From NCBI GenBank assembly GCA_965197745.1, contig CBDANS010000004.1, forward strand, positions 151,401 through 215,400: a DNA stretch of 64,000 nt, in the 5' to 3' direction. Below, in pieces: positions 31,589-40,486 of the stretch. A program made the position numbers and the translations under genes. Positions within the stretch are counted from its first letter, which is position 1. Every line of letters begins with the position of its first letter. The notes beneath the pieces were generated by a model. That model worked only from the letters and a program-made list of their open reading frames with translations, was not told where the DNA came from and did no database searches. The DNA comes from Opitutales bacterium. GTDB taxonomy: Bacteria > Verrucomicrobiota > Verrucomicrobiia > Opitutales > PNEW01.

Positions 31589-31933
31589 ATGCCTCACCTG
31601 AAAATTCACACCAATATCGATGTAGACGAAGACCATCGCCATAACATTCTTCATAAGTCATCCGGGTTAGTAGCGGGAGAACTGGGTAAACCGGAAGATT
31701 TAGTGATGATAACGATTAAGCCATCAGCTCATATGATTTTTGCCGGGACCCGGGACCCGGTAGCCTTTCTTGAATTAACCAGTGTGGGACTGCCGGCTAA
31801 GAAAACAAAAGAACTTTCCCGCGTCCTCTGTAAATTGATTGAGTCCGAACTCAATATTCAAAAAGATCGTGTTTACGTTAAGTTTATAGACGTCAATCAC
31901 AGTATGTGGGGTTGGAAGGGCGATACTTTTTAA
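31589..31933 (+). CDS. MIF/phenylpyruvate tautomerase family protein
   Basis: Pro after Met, 114 aa, LGKPE..VM, DRVYVKF.D....WGW.G.TF. Confidence 0.88.
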   Translation: MPHLKIHTNIDVDEDHRHNILHKSSGLVAGELGKPEDLVMITIKPSAHMIFAGTRDPVAFLELTSVGLPAKKTKELSRVLCKLIESELNIQKDRVYVKFIDVNHSMWGWKGDTF

Positions 31934-32141
31934 AGGGAAATAATTTAGCGTTACATTGGGCTCATCAATTAATCTTTGTTCTTGTCACCGTTATAAAAAT
32001 GGCAATCCGGGTTGGGTTGCCGCGCATCTACATTTACCTCACAATCAGACACCTTGACAGGCAGTAAACGGCCGTAGGGACTCGAACAGAGACGAAGTGT
32101 TTCGATACTACGCCCTTTCAGGGTAGCAATAAACAACGCCG

Positions 32142-32621
32142 TTAATTTTTAGTGGGTTCTTCCGCTTCAATTTCATTATCATCCAGTTCTGATCGCCCAA
32201 ACATGTAATAATCAAGTGATAACAAACCCGGTCCATAAACGAAAATGAGTATGAGTAGAATGAGTACGAGGGAGGAAAATTCCAATGATTGGCCTAGAGC
32301 GATAAGCCCTTCTTCCCAATGAACAAAAAATACAGCGCCCAAAAGGACGGGGATTTGGATGAGCGCAGCGAGGCGGGTAAGAAGCCCAAGAGTGAGAAAA
32401 GCACCGCCACATAAATGAGCGAAGATAACATAATCGAGAATCCAGGAAGGCCAGCTTCTGTCATAGGCATCCAATAATATGGCGGTTGTTGGATGACCGG
32501 AAGGGGTAAACTGAATTAACCCCCGCAATAAAAGAATGAGGCCTAAATAAATGCGGATAAATTCAAACCCATATTCTTTATGAGAATTGAGCCATCGGAA
32601 AATATTTTTTAGGCGATTCAC
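32142..32621 (-). CDS. DoxX family membrane protein
   Basis: IRIYLG..L, HL.GG..L..GLLTR.AA.IQIP.L.GA, G.G.LSLD. Confidence 0.85.
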   Translation of the reverse strand: MNRLKNIFRWLNSHKEYGFEFIRIYLGLILLLRGLIQFTPSGHPTTAILLDAYDRSWPSWILDYVIFAHLCGGAFLTLGLLTRLAALIQIPVLLGAVFFVHWEEGLIALGQSLEFSSLVLILLILIFVYGPGLLSLDYYMFGRSELDDNEIEAEEPTKN

Positions 32622-32806
32622 AAATTATTCCCTCCCTGAGTTGTAATATGCCAATTAGGATAATGTTATTTCAACCTTCTCTATTAAAAGAGTATGGCAT
32701 TGATCGTATTTCGCAACTTTAGACATTATATATTTTGAAGGTTGAGATGATTTCACATCGCACTTCAATTACGCGAGCGTTTGGCAGAAATTTATTAGGG
32801 GAGGTC

Positions 32807-33739
32807 TTAATGATTTTTGGTCAGCCGAACTATCATATCATCCGCCATTGCCTCGAGACCGTATTTAGGTGACCAACCCCAGTCTCTGCGGGCTGAGGTA
32901 TCTTCTATTTCATCCGGCCAGTTTTCTACTATCGTATCGACCTCCTCGCTGGGCTCGTAATAAATCTCTACATCTTTAACGCGTTTGCATACCGCACGGG
33001 CGATTTCCTCAGCGGTTGGTGATATAGCGTGGACATTATAGACCTGTTTAGTTAATTGCTCAGGGGGTGCTTTCAATAGATCGCTAATTCCGTTTATGGC
33101 GTCATGCACGTACATTAATGAAGCACGGGTATGAGGATTGACTTTAAAGGTGTAGCGTCTCTGCTCGACAGCTTCGACAAACACCCGCGAGGCATAAGAA
33201 CTGGCAGCTCCAGCAGGAGAGAAGGGTGAAACGACGACGGGGAGTCGAAGACAGCGAAAATCCAGTCCGTGCTGGCGATGGTAATAGACTCCGAGGCGTT
33301 CGATGGCCAATTTAGTTACACCGTAAAGACCATCTGACCATTGGGGCGTGTCCTCGGTAAGATAACTTGGCAGTTTGCCGCCATAAGAGGCCAGCGAGCT
33401 GGGAAAAAAGAACCGCTCGACTCCGAATTCCAGAGCGAGTTCAAAGAGGGCAAAGGCGCCATCCATGTTTACTTCCCAGGCCATTTGACGATTCATTTCA
33501 GAACTACCGCTTAAAAGAGAGGCAAAGTGGACAATTGAATGGGGACGATGCCGCTGTAAAATCTGGCGAAGGTGTTCTTTATCGTTAAGATTTCCCTGAA
33601 CATAGACGCAATTTTCAGCGGTGTGGGTAACGGGTTCTTTGGCAATATCCATGAGGATAATCTGATTGCTAAAACCCTTCATTTCAAATGTGAGTTGGCA
33701 GGCGAGATTACCGGCACCTCCGGTTATTAAGACAGTCAT
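32807..33739 (-). CDS. NAD-dependent epimerase/dehydrogenase (extended SDR, L-threonine dehydrogenase-like)
   Basis: ITGGAGNL, H.ASLLS, FFPSS, YGVTK, GLDFRCLR, ARRDWGW. Confidence 0.85.
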   Translation of the reverse strand: MTVLITGGAGNLACQLTFEMKGFSNQIILMDIAKEPVTHTAENCVYVQGNLNDKEHLRQILQRHRPHSIVHFASLLSGSSEMNRQMAWEVNMDGAFALFELALEFGVERFFFPSSLASYGGKLPSYLTEDTPQWSDGLYGVTKLAIERLGVYYHRQHGLDFRCLRLPVVVSPFSPAGAASSYASRVFVEAVEQRRYTFKVNPHTRASLMYVHDAINGISDLLKAPPEQLTKQVYNVHAISPTAEEIARAVCKRVKDVEIYYEPSEEVDTIVENWPDEIEDTSARRDWGWSPKYGLEAMADDMIVRLTKNH

Positions 33740-33740
33740 T

Positions 33741-35018
33741 TTATAGAGATTCTCCGTCCGGCTTTAATTGACAATCGAGGAAGATCAGAGGCTCATTGCC
33801 GGTTGCCCTCAGTGTCGCTTCGATGCCTGAAGGAATACCAAAGTGATCATGGGCTTCTATGGCTTGTTCTATTCCAGCCATCTTGATCATACCCGAGCCG
33901 CGCACAATTGAGACCGCGTTAAAGCTTCGTTCTTTCATTGCCATTCCGCTTTGAGTGGTGCGCCCTACACATAACTCTAACCCCCCGACACCATTTCGGG
34001 CTGTTGCCGAGGCCGGGATTATACGATAATGACAATTTCCGTGGCGATGAGCAGCTTTCTCTAGCTCGCGCTCTAAAAAAATTGTCTGATTCATCTGCCT
34101 GCTCTGAACACGCACTTCTTTCATCGTTTTAAAATCATAGGGGCGTGGTTCTACGTCAAGAAATACACCCCACCCGCCATGCTTCAGTGAACCGAAAATA
34201 AACGGGACGTTATGCATATGGGGGGAGTCATTTACATATCCGTGCCGTGTTTCTGGTGGAATAGGCATGGCGTATCCCTCCTCAACGAGGGCGTAATAAT
34301 CACCCAGTATCGTATAGCCTCGCATCGGGTTGTAACCGAGATGGATTTCCACCCCTTCATGGTGTAAATGAGTTGGCACATCACAGCGCTCGACATCACC
34401 CAACCACGCCAGAGCCCAACTGTGATAGTCACCATAGATGAGCGGGACGATGGTTATACCGAGGTTGGGAACAATAAAACTTGCTTGTTCGGGAACTTCA
34501 TTATCTCTGGTTAGTTCGATGCCATTGCAATTGCGGATGGTGTTCATTACTTCAATAAAGCGTTGGGCAAGCTGGTCTACTTCATTATTGCTGCTGGCTG
34601 AAGCGTCTTCGACCATCGCTTCAATCACGCGGTGGATCAAAGTATCGTAACGATGCAAGGTTGATATAAGCGCACGGAAATCTTCAGGAACCGGATCCAT
34701 CGACTGATTGGCTAAATCGGTCAGCATCGCGGAAGCGTTGTGTCTATGCACCATGGCGACTTCATTGCTGCTCGCTGGCTTTTGATCCAGTAAATCACGC
34801 GTGGCGTGAAAGGCTCCGATTGTATGTCGGCGAAAAGCATAACAATAAAGGCGCGCCAACGAGATGTCCTCTTCGCTGATTCCGCGAGGGCTGCGCCCTT
34901 GAGCATGGCTTTCTTTAGCTTTGTCGATTAACCTCGCGTAATTGGTATGTGCGAAAAGTTTTATTTTATGCTTATCAGCGATGACCATGAATGAAAGTGT
35001 AATTCTCGTAAATAGCAA
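33741..35018 (-). CDS. Hypothetical cupin-domain protein
   Basis: PTHLHHEGVEIH and GYAMPIPPETRHGYVN cupin motifs; second cupin-like C-terminal segment. Confidence 0.65.
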   Translation of the reverse strand: MLFTRITLSFMVIADKHKIKLFAHTNYARLIDKAKESHAQGRSPRGISEEDISLARLYCYAFRRHTIGAFHATRDLLDQKPASSNEVAMVHRHNASAMLTDLANQSMDPVPEDFRALISTLHRYDTLIHRVIEAMVEDASASSNNEVDQLAQRFIEVMNTIRNCNGIELTRDNEVPEQASFIVPNLGITIVPLIYGDYHSWALAWLGDVERCDVPTHLHHEGVEIHLGYNPMRGYTILGDYYALVEEGYAMPIPPETRHGYVNDSPHMHNVPFIFGSLKHGGWGVFLDVEPRPYDFKTMKEVRVQSRQMNQTIFLERELEKAAHRHGNCHYRIIPASATARNGVGGLELCVGRTTQSGMAMKERSFNAVSIVRGSGMIKMAGIEQAIEAHDHFGIPSGIEATLRATGNEPLIFLDCQLKPDGESL

Positions 35019-35048
35019 TTAATTCAAATTGAGTGAAAGCCCGGTTTA

Positions 35049-35891
35049 TTATAGATAATGATTCTTTATTTCATGGACTATGCAATCTTTTGCTTCCTCA
35101 ACGGAATCTATAATTTTGAATAGCAACAAATCCTCTTCAGAAATAACACCCCATTTAATCAGGTTTTCGAAATTTATGATATCATGCCAAAACTCAGAAC
35201 CAAATAAAACAATGGGTATGAATTTATTTGTTTTACGGGTCTGAAGTAAAGTAAGCATTTCGAACAGCTCATCTAAAGTCCCGAAACCGCCTGGAAATAC
35301 AATTAAAGCTTTGGCGAGGTAGAGAAACCAGAATTTGCGAATAAAAAAATAATGAAACTCAAACCCAAGTTCCTTCGTGATAAAAGGGTTTAAATCCTGT
35401 TCAAAGGGCAAACTTATTCCCAAAGCAATCGATTTTCCCGCGGCAAATGTAGCCCCTCGATTTGCTGCTTCCATTATTCCCGGTCCGCCTCCGGAACATA
35501 TGTAGAAACGATTATTCGGGTCTTCAATGGTGTGCGACCACTCGGTCAAAGTTTGAGACAAATTTAGAGCGGCATCGTAGTATTTCGCGTTTTCATTCTG
35601 TTGCTCGGCTCTGTGCAAGCGATTGTTTTGCTCCTTTGTAGGTATATCAGTTTTAGCAATTTCCTTTTTAATATTTTCTAAATCACGGTTTACCTGTTCC
35701 GGATCTTGAATTCGGGATGAGCCAAACATAACGATGGTGTTATGCACGCCATACTTCTGAAGTCGCTGTTCGGTTTCTAATAGTTCACACTGGACCCGAA
35801 TCGACCTTGCGATTGCGCTATTTATAAATTCGTGGTTATTATAGGCTTTTACCATAGACTTTTCAGATATTTTATTATTTTTATTTTTCAT
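35049..35891 (-). CDS. LOG family nucleotide phosphoribohydrolase
   Basis: FGSSR, GGGPGIMEAANRGA, PGGFGTLDELFE. Confidence 0.92.
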   Translation of the reverse strand: MKNKNNKISEKSMVKAYNNHEFINSAIARSIRVQCELLETEQRLQKYGVHNTIVMFGSSRIQDPEQVNRDLENIKKEIAKTDIPTKEQNNRLHRAEQQNENAKYYDAALNLSQTLTEWSHTIEDPNNRFYICSGGGPGIMEAANRGATFAAGKSIALGISLPFEQDLNPFITKELGFEFHYFFIRKFWFLYLAKALIVFPGGFGTLDELFEMLTLLQTRKTNKFIPIVLFGSEFWHDIINFENLIKWGVISEEDLLLFKIIDSVEEAKDCIVHEIKNHYL

Positions 35892-36138
35892 TTATTAACG
35901 GGTTCACAGGCAGAAAATAACTGATTTAAGTAAGTAATTATTGAAGGAATCTGCAATGTCATTGGGATATTGCTTCCCCATCAGTTCTCAAGTATTACAT
36001 GCTCAATAAAGGGAATCCGGGCGGTGAAGACAATATCAGCGAGGCTTCGCCACAGCAGGTATTTAAGGTCAGAGAACGGTTCTTTCTGACAGGGGCAATA
36101 GCTTATTGCGAATTATCCCAGTTGCCCCTTTCGCACAT

Positions 36139-36609
36139 TCAAGGAGAAGGGGAGGAGGCCTTTTCTTTCCTTCCTTCGCCAAAAACGTAGTAATCCAAAG
36201 ATAAACGGCCTGATCCTATAACAAAAAATAAAATGAGTAAAAAAAGAACGAGAGCAGAAAATTCGAGAGATTGACCCAGAGAAAAAAGGCCTTCATGCCA
36301 GTGAATGAGAAAGACAGCGCCAGCGAGAACGGGAATTTGCACAAATGCCGATATACGCGTCAGCAAACCAACGGCGAGCAGTGCGCCGCCACATAAATGG
36401 GCGATCATCACGTAGTGTAAGATTAATGCGGGGACACCCCAACTGTTATCCATATTTAATATCAAGTCGGAGGTTGTGGACCTCCCGGATGATGTGAATT
36501 GGATAACTCCTCTAACTAATAAGCCGATGCCGAGATAGATGCGAAGGATATCGACACCATAATCTCTGCGCGCATTAACCCATTCAAGTACTTTTATTGG
36601 ACTACTCAT
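36139..36609 (-). CDS. DoxX family membrane protein (paralog of 32142..32621)
   Basis: Same motifs; shares LGQSLEFS.LV and LSLDYY.FG. Confidence 0.85.
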   Translation of the reverse strand: MSSPIKVLEWVNARRDYGVDILRIYLGIGLLVRGVIQFTSSGRSTTSDLILNMDNSWGVPALILHYVMIAHLCGGALLAVGLLTRISAFVQIPVLAGAVFLIHWHEGLFSLGQSLEFSALVLFLLILFFVIGSGRLSLDYYVFGEGRKEKASSPSP

Positions 36610-36802
36610 AATAAATCCCTATCATTATTCTGAATTAGACAGCAATATAATAACGGTATAACAGCGACTGCTCTTGCTTAGATTTTAATGAATATTTCTG
36701 CCATTGCAAACGATTGTGATGGATAGTGGAAAATGTTTTCCAGATTAATCTTCAATCACGTATAATTTGACAGATATTGCCGGAATGCATAAAGGCTTTG
36801 GA

Positions 36803-37813
36803 ATGAAGTATAAATTATTAGGTAAAACGGGAGTAAAAGTTTCTTCTCTATGTTTTGGGACGATGTCATTTGGCGGGGATGCCGACGAGAAAGAATCGAC
36901 AAAGATGTTTCATCGTTGTCGCGATTTGGGTATCAATTTTTTCGATTGCGCAAATGTCTACGCCGAAGGGCTCTCGGAGGAAATTTTAGGTAGATTAATA
37001 GCTGATTGCAGGGATGAAGTAGTAATTACGAGTAAAGTATATGGTCGCACCGGACCGGGTGAAAACGAGAGAGGGTCATCCCGTAGAAATATTATTCTCG
37101 CCGTCGAAAAAAGCCTTCGGCGATTAAATACTGACCATCTCGACCTCTATTTTTTTCATGGTTTTGATAATGATACCCCCATTGAAGATTCGCTTCGAGC
37201 CATGGATGATCTCGTTAGTCAGGGTAAAATTCTTCATCCTGCCGTAAGTAATTGGGCCGCCTGGCAAATAGCAAAAGGATTAGGGATATCGAGCCGTGAT
37301 GGGCTCGCTCCTTTTGTGTGTGTTCAACCCATGTATAACCTTACGAAAAGGCAGGCAGAAGTAGAAATATTTCCCTTATGCCAGTCTGAACAACTCGGTG
37401 TCATCCCCTACAGTCCGTTGGGTGGTGGTCTGCTTACAGGTAAATATGGTGTTGGTCAGAAGCCGGATAGCGGAAGACTCCTGGAAAATAAAATGTACGA
37501 AACCAGGTATGGTGCCCCTTTTTATTATGAAGTAGCGGACCGTTATACTGAATATTGTCGTGAGAAGAAGGTGAATCCCGTAACCTTAGCAGTGGCATGG
37601 GTAATGGCCCATCCCGCAATTACGGCGCCTATCATTGGAGCCCGCAGCCTGGAACAATTGGAGCCATCCCTTGCTGCCCTGGAAGAAAATATAAATCCGG
37701 AAAGGTGGCTGGAAATCTCAGCGCTTTCACCTGCGCCTTCAATCGCCACGGACCGGCGAGAAGAACATAATGAGAGCCCATTTCCCATTTGCCTGATTTC
37801 ATTTGATTTGTAA
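36803..37813 (+). CDS. Aldo/keto reductase
   Basis: LGKTG.KVS.LCFGTM, FDCANVY, SLRRL.TD..DLY, QPMYNL, YSPLGGGLLTGKY; ATG at 36803 is the likely start. Confidence 0.93.
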   Translation: MKYKLLGKTGVKVSSLCFGTMSFGGDADEKESTKMFHRCRDLGINFFDCANVYAEGLSEEILGRLIADCRDEVVITSKVYGRTGPGENERGSSRRNIILAVEKSLRRLNTDHLDLYFFHGFDNDTPIEDSLRAMDDLVSQGKILHPAVSNWAAWQIAKGLGISSRDGLAPFVCVQPMYNLTKRQAEVEIFPLCQSEQLGVIPYSPLGGGLLTGKYGVGQKPDSGRLLENKMYETRYGAPFYYEVADRYTEYCREKKVNPVTLAVAWVMAHPAITAPIIGARSLEQLEPSLAALEENINPERWLEISALSPAPSIATDRREEHNESPFPICLISFDL

Positions 37814-37954
37814 GGCATGCCGATGGCAATATCGTCAATGGAGGACAAGCTTTCAATTTGGCGGTAGCACTTTCATCTTTCATTATTAGTCAGGGTATCG
37901 TTATCCAGCTGAAGATAGAGGTATTCTATCTCATACGGGAGATGCGCCAGGGTA

Positions 37955-39304
37955 ATGTTTGATTTAATAAAAATAAACATTTTTAAATTTATTTTGGGAT
38001 TATCTCTCGTTGGTATCTCCTCATATTTTTTTATTGATCGCGTCGGGGGTCTGTTTCAATCGCCTTATCAAAGTGCGATCAGAGGTTGGGATGATTCTTT
38101 CTATTTTTACTGGTTGAGATCTTTCATCGTCGATGGCGATTTTGATTTCTCCAATGATATTGTTTACTGCAATACCTTTGACGAAGAAACACGGCAACAT
38201 GCTTTATCCATGCCCCTCACCGAGAGTGGGTATTTACCCAACAAGTATCCGGTCGGATGGGCAATGAGCAGTGCTCCGTGGTATTTTGTGGGGGCGACGA
38301 TTACGAGGGTTATAAATTTTTTCGGGGTAAGTCTGCTGAAAGATGGGTACGGACCGTTTTATCAATTATTCATAATGATTGGTCAGTGGATATATGGGGG
38401 ATTAAGTTTATTTTTCGCATACAAAGTCTGCCGGCGTTTTTTTAATAGTGAGAACGCTTTTTTAGCGGTCGCCATTACCTGGTCGGCATCTTCCCTATTT
38501 TATTACCAGAATATTCAATTATCGATGACGCACAACCTCTCGTTTTTTGCTATTACCGGTTGCTATTGGGTCACGCTCACTATCAGGGAGAAGACAAATT
38601 CACTCTTTCTATGGACAGCTTTAGCGATGTTCAGTGCGACGGTCATTTTATCGCGGCTGCAAGGGGCCGTTTATCTCGTTTACCCGGCTGTGGTAATCCT
38701 GAAATTATTACATCATGATAAAAAATTAATACCCTTTATTATTATTTTTTTAATCGTTGGCACTCTCGCTTTACTCCCTCAAGTATATGCATGGAAAGTG
38801 CTTTATGGTCAGTATCTTCCATATACCTACGGTGACGAAGGGTTTAACTGGTTAGCGCCCGCGCTGGGGAAGGTTCTCTTTTCTTCATACCATGGCTGGG
38901 TTTACTGGACTCCTTTAATCCTTATTGCTCTTTTCGGATTCTTTTACTGGATCTGGAAATCAAGGAACATTGAGGCCACCACCTGGACCCTGGCATTACT
39001 TGCGACGGTCTACATAAATGCGTCCTGGCATGACTGGACATTTGGCGCGTCGTTTGGAGCTCGCGCTTTTGAAGGCGCTACTTTATTTGCCATGGTCGGA
39101 CTCGGTAATATTCTGCAATTAACTGAGGCCAGGATACAGCTAAGAAATCTGTTTATCATTCTATGTTTATTCTTTTCCCTGTGGAATATAAACCTGACTT
39201 TACTCGTTAGGTTTTGGAAATATTCGGGTATCACCTTAACGCAATCGGTTACCTACGAAGAGATCATTAATGGTTCTTACAAATTCTGGTTTGAGAAAGA
39301 CTGA
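37955..39304 (+). CDS. Polytopic GT-C-fold glycosyltransferase-like protein
   Basis: Multiple TM helices; DD..Y..LRS...DGD.DF, NKYPVG, W.FGASFGAR.F. Confidence 0.65.
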   Translation: MFDLIKINIFKFILGLSLVGISSYFFIDRVGGLFQSPYQSAIRGWDDSFYFYWLRSFIVDGDFDFSNDIVYCNTFDEETRQHALSMPLTESGYLPNKYPVGWAMSSAPWYFVGATITRVINFFGVSLLKDGYGPFYQLFIMIGQWIYGGLSLFFAYKVCRRFFNSENAFLAVAITWSASSLFYYQNIQLSMTHNLSFFAITGCYWVTLTIREKTNSLFLWTALAMFSATVILSRLQGAVYLVYPAVVILKLLHHDKKLIPFIIIFLIVGTLALLPQVYAWKVLYGQYLPYTYGDEGFNWLAPALGKVLFSSYHGWVYWTPLILIALFGFFYWIWKSRNIEATTWTLALLATVYINASWHDWTFGASFGARAFEGATLFAMVGLGNILQLTEARIQLRNLFIILCLFFSLWNINLTLLVRFWKYSGITLTQSVTYEEIINGSYKFWFEKD

Positions 39305-39540
39305 TTTACGCTCTCGACCGTAAAGGGGAAGGCGAGGTGATATTTCTCCTCAAGCCCAACAAACTGCCCTCCAACAATATAGTCCACATAATTTAGTTAA
39401 AAATACTGCTACTCCAGGCAACTGATTTAAAGATCATCTGGAGCTCATTCATAAATTTAAGAAATGTATTGTAACTTACCGAATCTGTTGTCTAATTAAT
39501 ATCTTAAGCCAGGTCAATTTTCTGGCTGTGGGGAAATAAA

Positions 39541-40390
39541 ATGAAACTGAGATACCTGAAATATTCGATGCCGACGGTGATCAGCGCGGCTATTCTGATA
39601 TTTTTAGGTACTGGTTTTCGCGGCTCCAGCTTGTCGGGTCGCAGTATCGTAGAAAAGCAAAGGGAGAAGTTTACGACCAGGGGACAAATCGAGATTTTTA
39701 AAATGGTGAGTCTCGACAAGCAGGGGAATATTATTTCGCGTGAAGCCATTCGTTTGGTGCGGATTGATAATAATGGCACCCGACGAATATTGCTGCGTCT
39801 GATCAATCCGGAGGAGGTGAAAGGAGTATCACTATTGAGCATACATATTTCTCCCAGCGAAACCGAACAATACCTTTACATGCCTGCGCTGAATACTGTT
39901 CAACGTATTAGCGGCAGCGGGAAAAAAGGTAATTTTATCGATTCGGATTTTGCCTATGAAGATCTTCTGCAAAGTACACCAAAAAATTACCTCTACGAGC
40001 GCAAGTTGGATGAGCGGCTAAACGGTGTCGTCTGTTACGTGATCGAGGCCAAAGTGCAAGACGAGGAGGCAAAAAAAATTCACAAACTATTCAAAGAGAG
40101 TGCTTTGGATTACACATGTGGATTTCACTCTGCAAAGGGTGGATCACTATGATCACCAGAGAAAACTGGTTAAGACTTTAACCCTTTCCGATTTCGAAAA
40201 AAAAGCGGAAAACCTCTTGGTGCCCACTCACATGGAAATGGTGCACCACCTTAAAAAGACCTCCTCGTTGTTCGTTATCACGAAAGGGAAATACAATTTA
40301 TCCTTGGAGAAAAAGTATTTCACCCCTGAAGGATTAAAAAATTGGAACGGGGATGATGAAGCCACTATCCTGGCAAACCTTGAGCCATAA
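39541..40390 (+). pseudogene. LolA-like outer-membrane lipoprotein-sorting protein, frameshifted at A8 (40071-40078)
   Basis: P.EVKG..LL, QYLYMPAL..VQRI, F.DSDFAYEDL. Removing one A gives AKKFTNYSKRVLWI and joins the two ORFs. Confidence 0.85.
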
Positions 40391-40486
40391 TTAATTGCGA
40401 TCAGAGGCAAGCTTCACCTGCTTTAAATTTTTCAATTCGTGCGCCATCCGTATACCATTGTATTGTAATAAAGAGGACGCTCCCCG

